Notes: generated by a model from the letters alone, not told the origin. Positions 1 to 9,226 are shown, counted from the stretch's first letter. The stretch: 64,000 nt of DNA from Patescibacteria group bacterium (GCA_041653215.1 JBAZFW010000002.1:8990-72989), one strand, 5' to 3'. Numbers and translations: made by a program.

Positions 1-2
1 TC

Positions 3-740
3 GGAGATTCGGACGCGATCGGGCAAAAAATAAAAATAAAAAAACAAAATTTTGAAGTAATTGGCGTTATGAAAGAAAAAGGCACGGTGGCATTACAAAA
101 TAATGATGATCAGGTTTTTATTCCGATTAAAACTATGCAAAAGTTAATCGCCGGCGTAAATCATGCTAGTATGATGAGATTAAAAGTTGATAGCCAAGAA
201 AATATGGATAAGGCGATGAGCGATGTAAAAACTACTTTACGCGAACGGCATGATATAACCGACCAAAGCGGAGCTAACGACGATTTTACGGTTAGAAGTT
301 CGGCTCAAGCCATGGATATGATAACTACGATTACTGATGCTTTAAAGTTCTTTTTAGTAGCTATCGCCGCTATGTCATTATTAGTTGGTGGTATTGGCAT
401 TATGAATATTATGTTAGTTAGCGTTACAGAAAGAACTAGGGAAATTGGTTTAAGAAAAGCGGTTGGCGCGAATAATAAAAACATCATGATTCAATTTTTA
501 ATGGAAGCGGCAACCATAACTTTAAGCGGGGGGGTTATAGGCGTTATCATTGGCAGCTTGATATCGGTTTTAATTTATGCCGTGGCTAATCTTTTAGGTT
601 ATGATTGGAGTTTATCTATTTCTATTTTTTCAATTATTTTAGCTTTAATAGTTTCAATAGGCGTTGGTTTAATTTTCGGCTTATATCCGGCGCAAAAAGC
701 TAGCAAATTGCAGCCGGTTGAAGCTTTAAGACATGAGTAA
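3..740 (+). CDS. ABC transporter permease, MacB/FtsX family (5' end cut by window edge)
   Basis: The frame is open from nt 3 (GDSDAIGQKIKIKKQNFEVIGV...) upstream of the tracked ATG at 69. This stretch aligns to FGDSDPIDKYIKIRKTKFRVIGV of the next ORF. The C-terminal FtsX module contains GGIGIMNIMLVSVTERTREIGLRKAVGA. Confidence 0.85.
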   Translation, partial: GDSDAIGQKIKIKKQNFEVIGVMKEKGTVALQNNDDQVFIPIKTMQKLIAGVNHASMMRLKVDSQENMDKAMSDVKTTLRERHDITDQSGANDDFTVRSSAQAMDMITTITDALKFFLVAIAAMSLLVGGIGIMNIMLVSVTERTREIGLRKAVGANNKNIMIQFLMEAATITLSGGVIGVIIGSLISVLIYAVANLLGYDWSLSISIFSIILALIVSIGVGLIFGLYPAQKASKLQPVEALRHE

Positions 741-751
741 TGAGAAAATTC

Positions 752-888
752 TGTCATTGCGAGCGTTAGCGAGGCAATATCACGGACTATTTATTAAGTT
801 GATAGATTGTTTTTAAAAATAACTTTTATTTTAGAAAATTGTTTGTGAGATTGCCGCGTCGCCCGATTACGGGCTCCTCGCAATGACA
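752..888. repeat. Type-I palindromic element (tgtcattgcgagc...gcaatatcac / gtgagattgc...ctcctcgcaatgaca), 137 bp
   Basis: Terminal inverted repeats plus an inner inverted repeat. About 93% identical to the copy at 4349-4484. Confidence 0.85.
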
Positions 889-906
889 AAAAATTAAATT
901 TATACT

Positions 907-2229
907 ATGAATTTTGGGCCTGTCGTAAAAATTTCTTTGCGTTCTATTAGGGGCAATAAAACCAGAACTGGCCTGACTGTTTTAGGTATAGTTATTGGTA
1001 TCGCCAGCGTTGTTATAGTATATTCGGCCGGAGAGGGAATTAGCGGTTTGGTTTATAACCAGGTTGAATCTTTTGGTGGCACTGATTTAATAGAAACAGA
1101 AGTTAAAGCGCCGACCGGTAAAAAGGGCGCGGCAGCAGAAACGCAAAGCGCTATTGCTATGGCCCAGGGAGCGGCAATAACCACTTTAACTTTAGAAGAT
1201 TATGAAGATGTGTTTAAATTGCCAAATGTTAAAAACGGTTACGCTGTTATAATCGGACAAGAGCAAGTAAATTATGCTGATCAACTAAAAAAAGCTCTTA
1301 TTTATGGCACTACCGCTAGTCTTTTAGATATTGATAAAACAGAAATTGATTATGGGCGATATTTTACTGATACTGAAGATAAATCAAACGCTCCGGTCGC
1401 TGTGCTTGGCTATAAAATAAAAGAAAAATTGTTTGGCGATTCAGATCCAATAGATAAATATATTAAAATAAGAAAAACTAAATTTCGTGTTATCGGAGTT
1501 GCTAAAGAAAGGGGAGCGGTTATGACTTTTGATTATGATAATATGATTTATGCGCCGATTAGAACTTTACAGAAAAAAGTTTTAGGTATTGATCATATAA
1601 TGTTCATGATGCATCAACTTAAAGATCCGAGTCTAGCCGATGAAACCGCCGAAGAGGCTAGGCTGGTTATACGCATTAATCATGATATTGTTTCTAAGCC
1701 TTTAGAATTTAAACCAGGCGAGCTGGTGGCTAAAGCTATAGGCGAGGGTATGACTGATACTAGCGAAGACGATTTTAGAGTTGTTACTATGCAAGAATCT
1801 TTAGATATCTTAGATACTGTGACCGGCGCTATTACTTTAATGCTACTCGCTATTGTGGCGATTTCTTTAATCGTTGGCGGAGTTGGCGTTATGAATATTA
1901 TGTATGTTATTATTACTGAGAGAACTGCCGAAATCGGTTTAAGAAAAGCGGTTGGCGCGAAATATCGGGATATTATGCTGCAATTTCTGGTTGAATCAGT
2001 AATTATAACTTTAATTGGCGCCGTGGTCGGAGTTTTAGTCGGCATAGGCGCGTCATATTTAATTTCAGTTGGCGCTAATTATTATGGCTTAGATTGGAAT
2101 TTTGTGGTTCCTCTAAAAGCTTATTATGTTTCTTTGGCTTTTGCTGTTGTGTTTGGCTTGGGCTTTGGAATTTATCCAGCTCGTAAAGCCGCTCGGCTTG
2201 ATCCAATAGAAGCGTTAAGACAAGAATAA
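907..2229 (+). CDS. ABC transporter permease, MacB/FtsX family
   Basis: N-terminal TM helix, a large extracytoplasmic domain, and a C-terminal FtsX module (GGVGVMNIMYVIITERTAEIGLRKAVGA ... YPARKAARLDPIEALRQE). Confidence 0.9.
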   Translation: MNFGPVVKISLRSIRGNKTRTGLTVLGIVIGIASVVIVYSAGEGISGLVYNQVESFGGTDLIETEVKAPTGKKGAAAETQSAIAMAQGAAITTLTLEDYEDVFKLPNVKNGYAVIIGQEQVNYADQLKKALIYGTTASLLDIDKTEIDYGRYFTDTEDKSNAPVAVLGYKIKEKLFGDSDPIDKYIKIRKTKFRVIGVAKERGAVMTFDYDNMIYAPIRTLQKKVLGIDHIMFMMHQLKDPSLADETAEEARLVIRINHDIVSKPLEFKPGELVAKAIGEGMTDTSEDDFRVVTMQESLDILDTVTGAITLMLLAIVAISLIVGGVGVMNIMYVIITERTAEIGLRKAVGAKYRDIMLQFLVESVIITLIGAVVGVLVGIGASYLISVGANYYGLDWNFVVPLKAYYVSLAFAVVFGLGFGIYPARKAARLDPIEALRQE

Positions 2230-2257
2230 TTATAGAAATTTTTAATTACCAATGATC

Positions 2258-2338
2258 AATTTTCAATGAATGATTAAATTATTTAATTTTCAATTGAAAA
2301 TTATAACATTGAAAATTGGAAATTGAGAATTGAAAATT
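2258..2338. promoter_or_regulatory. Cluster of five ATTGAAAATT / AATTTTCAAT 10-mers, including an 18-bp perfect palindrome
   Basis: Forward copies at 2293-2302, 2308-2317 and 2329-2338. Reverse copies at 2258-2267 and 2285-2294. The sequence aattttcaattgaaaatt at 2285-2302 is a perfect palindrome. The cluster lies directly upstream of the DUF4012 ORF. Confidence 0.4.
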
Positions 2339-4339
2339 AATGATATGTTCAATAAATCAAAAACAAAGTATATGAATTTTAAACAATTGCATGAGCAAGC
2401 TGATAATATTATCGGCTGTATCCCGCTCGTTAAAAAACGCCGACGTTTAAATTTTGCGTACAAAATTTTTAAATATCTTTGCTTAACGGTAGTTTTTTTA
2501 TTTTTGTTATTTTTAATTTTAGTAGCGTCGCAAATTACCGACTTAAAACAAATTTATAACCAGGCGAGTCTTGGTAAAAATAATCTTGAGCAAGCGGTTA
2601 TTTTTGCTAAGCAAAATGATTTTGAACAAGCCGCTGAATTAGCTAGGCTCGCAGAAGATAATTTTAATTTTTCAATCAATAAATTAAATAAAATAAAAAG
2701 TAATGTTTTTATAAATAATATGCCGTTCGCTTTAAGCCAGCTAAACGACGCGGAAAGTCTTTTAGTCGCCGTTCAATTTTTAAGCAAAGCGGTCGCGAGC
2801 GGAGCCGAGTTTGGTAAAAGCCTAGAAGCTATTATAACCGGAAATAAAGAATTTAATTTTTCTCAATTAACCGTTACGGAGAAACGCGAGCTACTCAAAA
2901 AAATATTTGAATCGTTACCAGAATTAAATGGCATAAAGGCAGATTTAGATTTAGCTTATATTAGTTTAGATCAAGCCGGCACTTCGGGGATTTTATTTAT
3001 TCTTAAGGATAAACTTAATCAAGCCAAGGAGCAAATAAATGAAGCTAGTTCGCTTTTAGCTAAAGCCGTGCCCTTATCCCAGATGATCCCGGCCCTAGCC
3101 GGTTATCCTGAGGAAGTAAATTATTTAGTTTTACTCCAAAATAATGACGAGTTAAGGCCAACCGGAGGATTTTTAGGCACTTACGGAGTTTTAAAAATAA
3201 AAGATGGCGATATAGTTAGTTTTGATACGCATGATATTTATCATCTTGATATGCCGGTTCAGGGTAAGATGAACGTTGAACCGCCGGAACCAATAAAAAA
3301 ATATTTGAATAATAAATGGTATTTGCGCGACGCGAATTGGTCGCCTGATTGGCCGACCGCGGCTAAAATGATTAACGGATTTTATCAAACTGAAAGCAGT
3401 TTAAATCCGGAAAATAAGGAAGTTATAAAATTTTCTGGAGTTTTAGCTATTACGCCAAAATTAATTACTGATTTTTTGAAAATAACCGGTCCGGTTACGG
3501 TCGAGGGTCAAGCTTATAACGAAAACAATTTTCAAGATTTATTGCAATATCGCGTAGAAAAAGGTTATATAAATTTAGGAGTTTCTTCTTGGCAGAGAAA
3601 AGAAGTTATTAGCGAAATATCAAAACAATTAAAAATTAAAATTTTTGATCTGCCGCCAAGCCAATGGTCGGGAATTATTAATACCGTAATTGATAATTTA
3701 TCTCAAAAGAATTTATTATTTTATTTAACCGATAGCCAATTAGAAAATATCGCGATTGAAAATGGTTGGGCTGGAGAAATAAAAAATTATTACGGCGATT
3801 ATTTTATGGTGGTTGACGCTAATTTAGCCGCTTTAAAAACCGACGCGGTTATGAATCGAAGTACAAATTATCAAGTAGTAGAAGGCTCTAACGGGTTATT
3901 TTCTAAATTAACTATTAATTACGCTCATAATGGTAAAGTTGACTGGAAAACCAGCGCTTATAAAAGTTATACTAGAGTTTATGTTCCTTTAGGCAGCCAA
4001 TTAATAAGAATTAGCGGTTATGAAAACAAAAATATAGATGTCGGCGATGAGTTAGGTAAAACTTGGTTTGGCTTTTATTTAGTCGTAGAGCCAGGAAAAA
4101 TCAGTAATATTACGCTTGAATATAAACTGCCGTCATCAGTTATGTCAAATAATAATTATAGCCTTTATATTCAGAAACAGCCTGGGAAAGAATTAGATAA
4201 TCTTTCGGTTGACTTAAGCTTTAAAAATGGTATAAAATCATATAGTCCAGCGAGCTTGTCTATGAAAAAAATAAACCCAACCAGAATGAAATGGTCAGGG
4301 GATTTAGGCATAGACAGAAGCTTTGAAATAAGATTCTAA
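2330..4339 (+). CDS. DUF4012-family membrane-anchored protein
   Basis: One N-terminal TM helix and a coiled region, then the DUF4012-type core LLQNNDELRPTGGFLGTYGVLKIKDG. Paralog of 24741-27437. The tracked start is TTG; ATG alternatives are at 2345 and 2372. Confidence 0.7.
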   Translation: MKINDMFNKSKTKYMNFKQLHEQADNIIGCIPLVKKRRRLNFAYKIFKYLCLTVVFLFLLFLILVASQITDLKQIYNQASLGKNNLEQAVIFAKQNDFEQAAELARLAEDNFNFSINKLNKIKSNVFINNMPFALSQLNDAESLLVAVQFLSKAVASGAEFGKSLEAIITGNKEFNFSQLTVTEKRELLKKIFESLPELNGIKADLDLAYISLDQAGTSGILFILKDKLNQAKEQINEASSLLAKAVPLSQMIPALAGYPEEVNYLVLLQNNDELRPTGGFLGTYGVLKIKDGDIVSFDTHDIYHLDMPVQGKMNVEPPEPIKKYLNNKWYLRDANWSPDWPTAAKMINGFYQTESSLNPENKEVIKFSGVLAITPKLITDFLKITGPVTVEGQAYNENNFQDLLQYRVEKGYINLGVSSWQRKEVISEISKQLKIKIFDLPPSQWSGIINTVIDNLSQKNLLFYLTDSQLENIAIENGWAGEIKNYYGDYFMVVDANLAALKTDAVMNRSTNYQVVEGSNGLFSKLTINYAHNGKVDWKTSAYKSYTRVYVPLGSQLIRISGYENKNIDVGDELGKTWFGFYLVVEPGKISNITLEYKLPSSVMSNNNYSLYIQKQPGKELDNLSVDLSFKNGIKSYSPASLSMKKINPTRMKWSGDLGIDRSFEIRF

Positions 4340-4348
4340 TTTTCACTT

Positions 4349-4484
4349 GTCATTGCGAGCGTTAGCGAAGCAATCTCACGGACTATTTATTAAATTTACA
4401 GATTGTTTTTAAAAATAACTTTCATTTTAGAAAAATGTTTGTGAGATTGCCGCGTCGCCTGATTACAGGCTCCTCGCAATGACA
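4349..4484. repeat. Type-I palindromic element, 136 bp
   Basis: tgtcattgcgagcgttagcgaagcaatctcac ... gtgagattgccgcgtcgcctgattacaggctcctcgcaatgaca. The tracked ATG at 4479 lies inside it. Confidence 0.85.
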
Positions 4485-4496
4485 TTATTATATATT

Positions 4497-5504
4497 ATGT
4501 TTATAAAACGGATCGGTATAGATCTAGGTACAACTTATACTTTAGTGCATTTGCCAAAAAGGGGCATTATTATTAATGAACCTAGCGTAGTGGCGATTTC
4601 TTTAATTGATAAAAAGATTTTAGCCGTAGGTAATGAAGCTAAAGACATGTTAGGCAGAACGCCTGATACTATTGTCGCGATTAAACCATTAAAAGACGGC
4701 GTCATCGCCGATTATCATACTACTGAAGCTATGCTTAGATATTTTATTAATAAAGCTTTAGGCGGTATTAGATTATTTAGACCGGAAGTTATGGTCGCCG
4801 TGCCGGCGGGGATTACTTCGACTGAACGCAGAGCGGTTATCGACGCTACCATCGCGGCCGGAGCCAGAGCGGCTTATATTATTAAAGAACCGATTGCCGC
4901 GGCTATCGGCGCTGATATTCCGATTGGTTCGGCTTCCGGACATATGATTATTGATATTGGCGGCGGCACGGCAGAAATGGCGGTAATTTCTTTAGGCGGA
5001 GTCGTTACTTCGACTTCGGTTAGGATTGGCGGTAATAAATTTGACGCGGCGATTCAGGAATTTATTAGACGAAAATATAATTTAGCCATCGGCGAAAGAA
5101 CGGCCGAAGAAATTAAAATTAAAATAGGTAGCGCCCTATATTTAGAAGATAAATTAACTATGGAGATAAGAGGCCGCGATATGATTACTGGATTACCTAG
5201 AAATATTACGGTTAATTCGGATGACGTTACCGAAGCGGTGCAAAACGAATTAGAAGCCATAATTAATGCCGCGAAAAGAGTGCTCCAGGATACTCCGCCG
5301 GAATTAGCCGCGGATATTATGGATAAAGGTATGGTTTTATCAGGTGGCAGTTCATTACTTAAAAATATTGATCAATTACTTTCACGCACAACCGATGTGC
5401 CGGCTTATGTGGCCGACGATGCTTTGCTTTGCGTTGCTAAAGGAACCGGCATTGCTTTAGAAAATTTGGACTCATATAAGAGAAGTATTTTTGCGACGAA
5501 ATAA
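4497..5504 (+). CDS. mreB: Rod shape-determining protein MreB
   Basis: Actin-fold motifs IGIDLGTTYT, DIGGGTAE and GMVLSGGSSLL. The start was moved to the ATG at 4497 (MFIKRIGIDLG) because 4479 is inside the repeat. Confidence 0.9.
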   Translation: MFIKRIGIDLGTTYTLVHLPKRGIIINEPSVVAISLIDKKILAVGNEAKDMLGRTPDTIVAIKPLKDGVIADYHTTEAMLRYFINKALGGIRLFRPEVMVAVPAGITSTERRAVIDATIAAGARAAYIIKEPIAAAIGADIPIGSASGHMIIDIGGGTAEMAVISLGGVVTSTSVRIGGNKFDAAIQEFIRRKYNLAIGERTAEEIKIKIGSALYLEDKLTMEIRGRDMITGLPRNITVNSDDVTEAVQNELEAIINAAKRVLQDTPPELAADIMDKGMVLSGGSSLLKNIDQLLSRTTDVPAYVADDALLCVAKGTGIALENLDSYKRSIFATK

Positions 5505-5509
5505 AATTG

Positions 5510-5528
5510 CCCCCTTTATTAAAGGGGG
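5510..5528 (+). terminator. GC hairpin after mreB
   Basis: ccccctttattaaaggggg forms an 8-bp stem with a 3-nt loop, 6 nt after the mreB stop. There is no clear T tract. Confidence 0.4.
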
Positions 5529-5546
5529 TTAGGAGGATTTGTATTT

Positions 5547-5627
5547 TGTCATTCCGGCCTTTGAGCCGAAGGCGAGCCGGAATCCAGAATTTTTTCTTTG
5601 TCATTCCCGCGCAGGCGGGAATCCAGG
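5547..5627. repeat. Two forward-oriented type-II half elements (tgtcatt-hairpin-ccag)
   Basis: 5547-5588 is tgtcattccggcctttgagccgaaggcgagccggaatccaga. 5599-5627 is tgtcattcccgcgcaggcgggaatccagg. Confidence 0.8.
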
Positions 5628-5643
5628 GGTAATATATAAAAAT

Positions 5644-7713
5644 ATGAAAAAAATTTACAAATCCGAAATTGAAGGTATGCAAGATTTTTGGCAAAAATTA
5701 GAAATATTGCCAGACTATTCCTGTAATACAGACGGAAAGATAAACGGAATATTATTTGAAATGAAATTAGAAATTAAATCTTATTCCGAAGTTGAAAAAC
5801 AAATAATAAGATATATTAGAGCATACAACACAATCGCAATGCCCATACCATCAAAAGCAATTGCGCTTGATATAAACCAAAGAAAATATAATTTATATAA
5901 TATTTCAACAAACAAGAACGGGGAGACATCGTTGCAAAAAATAAAAGAAGATTGTTGGGTTGATGCAACAGATTTCAAAGATTTAATAAATTCAACATTA
6001 AATCAATATTCGAAAGGCTGGATTTGTGAAGAAAGTATTGTTTCATATAACAATGAATACTGCAAGAAATATAAAAATGCTTCAAAAGAAAAGGTTAAAA
6101 TGGAGTTTATAAATCCACAAGAACTTTTTATATACTCATTTGATTGGGACGCACAATTGTCAATTGAGATGACAGATAGAGAGCAAAATAATTGGCTGAC
6201 ATTCAATATGAATATGCTTGGCTGTTCTTTGCTTAAAAAACAACTTGGAGCATATTTTACGCCTGATAAATATGTTAGAATTTCAACAAAATATTTAAAA
6301 GAATGTATTGAAAAAATCAAACAAGATGGATTTGATTATTTAATAATTGACACTTGCGCTGGAACAGGAAATTTAGAAAAGTTTTTTGAAACAGAATGGT
6401 TAGAAAGAACAATTTTAAATACTTATGATTATACGGAATGGACTACTCTAAAAGGGCTTTATGATGGAAGGGTTAAAATGATAATTCCTCATACAAGTAA
6501 GCATAGAAATGAAAAGGGGTTATTATTAGATGGGGATGCTTTGAGCAAAAAATTTAATGATTATTTACAAGATTGGATAGAAAAAAATGTTAATAGAAGT
6601 AAGTGTAAAATCATTATGTTAGAAAATCCACCTTTTGCAGAACCACAAGGAAACGCAAGCAAAGGACAAAAAACCTTTTCTGTAAAAGATATATACATAT
6701 ATCAGGAAATGGCTAAACATAAATTTGCAAAAAAGAATGCGAATAGAGACTTGGCAAATATGTTTATTTGGAAAGCATTTAATATCGTCAAAACAGATTA
6801 TTATATTCTTTACAGCCCTATTAAGTATTGGAAATCACAACATATAATAGACAAAAATTTTATAGAAGGGCATTGTTGTAATAGAGAATATTTTAATGCT
6901 AGTGAGGGTTGTATTACTCTTATATTGTGGAAAAACAAAGACAAAAAAAACAACTCTTTAAAATTAACAAACGATTTTAATGATAAAACTATAATATTAA
7001 AACAGTTTAAAAATCCAGCAGAGTTATTAGAAGATACAAAGCAAGAACCATTAGTTTATTTGTTTAATTTAAGTAATATACCCAAATCTGATAATGGAAA
7101 ATTAGTTAATAATATTGAAGCATATGCAAAATATTGCAAAACACAAAAAGCCTATAAACTTGGCGAGGACAATATTTTAAAACAATTGCCCTTGTGGGTT
7201 GCAAATTGCTATGAATACAAAAATTATACAGAAATGGATGTTATTATGAAATCTGCCGATGGTGGAACTAAATATCAAGAAGATGTAGAATTTTTGAAAA
7301 AATGTTTTATATGGTCTTGTATCACAAATAAAAATGTTTGTATTAGTAATGATAATATAGTAAATCAATTTTGTTTATATCAAAATACTAATACTGATAA
7401 AATATTAAAAAAAATGTTATTAGATATTGCGGATAAAGATTTATTGTCATCTTGGAATAAACTACTTATTAAAGTAAAAACAAAATCAGAATACCAATCT
7501 AATTATAAGTATGGTTTATATCAAATAGAAAAAGATATAAATATTGATATTGAATCAGGTAGAAAGGATAAAACTGGAAAAATGATTATGGTTAAGAAAT
7601 ATAATAATAGTGGCGATGTTGATGATTTAGTGAAACAAATTAAAAAACAATTAGCAAAATATCGAGAGGATTTTATTGAAAAAAAGTTATTTAAATATCA
7701 ATTATTGAAGTAG
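5644..7713 (+). CDS. Gamma-class N6-adenine DNA methyltransferase with N-terminal PD-ExK-like motif (candidate compact MmeI-like Type IIL/IIG restriction-modification enzyme)
   Basis: GAYFTPDKYV (motif X), LIIDTCAGTGNL (motif I) and NPPF at 6625-6636 (motif IV). The N-terminus has D30-x8-E39-M-K41 (TDGKINGILFEMK, nt 5731-5766). About 23-28% GC. The start was set at the ATG at 5644; the tracked TTG at 5539 reads through the repeats. Confidence 0.7.
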   Translation: MKKIYKSEIEGMQDFWQKLEILPDYSCNTDGKINGILFEMKLEIKSYSEVEKQIIRYIRAYNTIAMPIPSKAIALDINQRKYNLYNISTNKNGETSLQKIKEDCWVDATDFKDLINSTLNQYSKGWICEESIVSYNNEYCKKYKNASKEKVKMEFINPQELFIYSFDWDAQLSIEMTDREQNNWLTFNMNMLGCSLLKKQLGAYFTPDKYVRISTKYLKECIEKIKQDGFDYLIIDTCAGTGNLEKFFETEWLERTILNTYDYTEWTTLKGLYDGRVKMIIPHTSKHRNEKGLLLDGDALSKKFNDYLQDWIEKNVNRSKCKIIMLENPPFAEPQGNASKGQKTFSVKDIYIYQEMAKHKFAKKNANRDLANMFIWKAFNIVKTDYYILYSPIKYWKSQHIIDKNFIEGHCCNREYFNASEGCITLILWKNKDKKNNSLKLTNDFNDKTIILKQFKNPAELLEDTKQEPLVYLFNLSNIPKSDNGKLVNNIEAYAKYCKTQKAYKLGEDNILKQLPLWVANCYEYKNYTEMDVIMKSADGGTKYQEDVEFLKKCFIWSCITNKNVCISNDNIVNQFCLYQNTNTDKILKKMLLDIADKDLLSSWNKLLIKVKTKSEYQSNYKYGLYQIEKDINIDIESGRKDKTGKMIMVKKYNNSGDVDDLVKQIKKQLAKYREDFIEKKLFKYQLLK

Positions 7714-7742
7714 TAGATAATTGTAACGTTAAAATATTATCA

Positions 7743-7811
7743 CCCCTGGATTCCGGCTCGGAGGCCGGAATGACAAAAAAATTCTGGATTCCTGCTTTCG
7801 CAGGAATGACG
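7743..7811. repeat. Two reverse-oriented type-II half elements (ctgg-hairpin-aatgaca)
   Basis: 7743-7775 is cccctggattccggctcggaggccggaatgaca. 7783-7811 is tctggattcctgctttcgcaggaatgacg. Both are in inverted orientation relative to 5547-5627. Confidence 0.8.
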
Positions 7812-7819
7812 AAAAAAAA

Positions 7820-9115
7820 TTGAAATTTATGTTAATCGGCATTGACGCCTCGCGCGCCAACAGACAATTTAAAGGCGGAACAGAATGGTATTCTTATTAT
7901 TTAATAAGAGAACTGGCTAAAATTGATTCTAAAAATCAATATATTTTATATACGGATAAACCTTTGACTGGCGGTTTAGCTGATTTAACTAATGAAAATC
8001 ATTTTGCCAAGCCCGGTAAAATTGATAAACATGGCTGGCCCGCTTCGACTCGTCGATGGCGAGGCGAGCAGGAAGTTAAAAGTCCGTTTGGAAATTTTCG
8101 CGTTAAAATTTTAAAATGGCCTTTTATTTATTTTTGGACACAAATTAGATTATCTTATGAAATGTTCGTTCATCCGGCGGACATTCTTTTTGTTCCGGCC
8201 CATACTTTACCGGTTATTCATCCGAAAAAATCAATCGTTACGATTCATGACATAGGTTTTGAACGTTTCGCTAAACTTTATAGTTCGGATAAAATCGGCC
8301 CGACTTCCAGATCTATTAATTTTTTAATTAAACTGTTTACTCTTGGTAAATTACATCCTGACGTTATTAGCCATCATACTTGGTCTACTAAATATGCGCT
8401 TAAACACGCTGAAATAATTATTTCGGTTTCAGAATTTACTAAACAAGAAATGGTTGATTTTTATAAAGCTGACGCGGAAAAAATTAAAGTCGTGCATAAC
8501 GGCTTTAATAATGAACTTTACCGCCCGATTAATGACAGGGAAAAAATAAAACAAGTTTTAGATAAATATGATATTAAAACTCCTTATATTTTTTATGTCG
8601 GTCGGTTAGAAAAAAAGAAAAATACCGCTATGTTAGTTAATGCTTACGCGATTATGAGGCAAAAATATAAAGACATAAAACATAAATTAGTTTTAGTCGG
8701 TAAGTCCGGGCTTGGTTTTGATGAAGTTAAATATGTTATTAATGAATTTAATCTTGATGAAGAGGTGATTATAACCGGCTGGGTGCCGGAAGCTGATATG
8801 CCTTATATTCATAACGGCGCTGCTTTATTTGTTTTTCCTTCGCTTTACGAAGGCTTTGGCATACCGTTAGTTGAAGCTATGGCTTCGGGCGTACCGATTG
8901 CAGCTTCAAATATTGCATCCATCCCGGAAGTTGTTAAAGATTCGGCTTTGCTTTTTAATCCAAACGATAAAGAAGATATGGCGGAAAAAATGGCAAAAAT
9001 ATTATTAGATAAGCAACTAGCCGATGAATTAATTAATAGGGGATTTAAACGAGCTAAAGATTTTAGCTTAACTAAATGCGCTCAGGAAATATTAGCATTA
9101 ATAGAAAAGATGTAA
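7820..9115 (+). CDS. Glycosyltransferase family 4
   Basis: GT-B/GT4 C-terminal signature PSLYEGFGIPLVEAMASGVPIAASN. Paralog of 21339-22505. The tracked start is TTG; an in-frame ATG is at 7829. Confidence 0.85.
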   Translation: MKFMLIGIDASRANRQFKGGTEWYSYYLIRELAKIDSKNQYILYTDKPLTGGLADLTNENHFAKPGKIDKHGWPASTRRWRGEQEVKSPFGNFRVKILKWPFIYFWTQIRLSYEMFVHPADILFVPAHTLPVIHPKKSIVTIHDIGFERFAKLYSSDKIGPTSRSINFLIKLFTLGKLHPDVISHHTWSTKYALKHAEIIISVSEFTKQEMVDFYKADAEKIKVVHNGFNNELYRPINDREKIKQVLDKYDIKTPYIFYVGRLEKKKNTAMLVNAYAIMRQKYKDIKHKLVLVGKSGLGFDEVKYVINEFNLDEEVIITGWVPEADMPYIHNGAALFVFPSLYEGFGIPLVEAMASGVPIAASNIASIPEVVKDSALLFNPNDKEDMAEKMAKILLDKQLADELINRGFKRAKDFSLTKCAQEILALIEKM

Positions 9116-9138
9116 ATTTGAAAAAAACTAATAAGTTG

Positions 9139-9147
9139 TGTTATAAT
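9139..9147 (+). promoter_or_regulatory. Extended -10 promoter element TGTTATAAT
   Basis: tgttataat lies 80 nt upstream of the S8 protease ATG. The same 9-mer recurs at 24587-24595 and on the minus strand at 61746-61754. Confidence 0.4.
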
Positions 9148-9226
9148 AAAGATGTTATTTACCCCGTTAAATAGCATCTTTATTAATGGCGGGGTGAATT
9201 TTGCATTGTATTTTTATTAATGGCTT

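Noticed and set aside
305-2045. Antisense ORFs inside the two ABC permease genes (305-487, 1680-2045); similar shadow ORFs occur elsewhere in the track (for example 3191-3388, 9655-9893, 30151-30552, 46051-46452)
   Set aside because: Each lies fully inside a well-supported CDS on the opposite strand or in another frame. None has recognisable motifs, and their composition is typical of shadow frames.
5539-5643. Tracked TTG start and 35-aa N-terminal extension of the methyltransferase ORF
   Set aside because: This stretch is the translation of the two type-II hairpin repeats (..IPAFEPKASRNPEFFLCHSRAGGNPG..). The AGGAGG at 5531-5536 is only 2 nt from the TTG. The ATG at 5644 follows the repeats.
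8031-8076. GC-rich patch inside the first GT4 gene (ggctggcccgcttcgactcgtcgatggcgaggcgagcagg, peptide GWPASTRRWRGEQ) as a further in-frame element
   Set aside because: It has only a weak 6/7 inverted repeat (cgcttcg/cgaggcg) and no family termini (tgtcatt/aatgaca or acccccacacc). It may be a decayed copy, but I cannot support that from the sequence alone.
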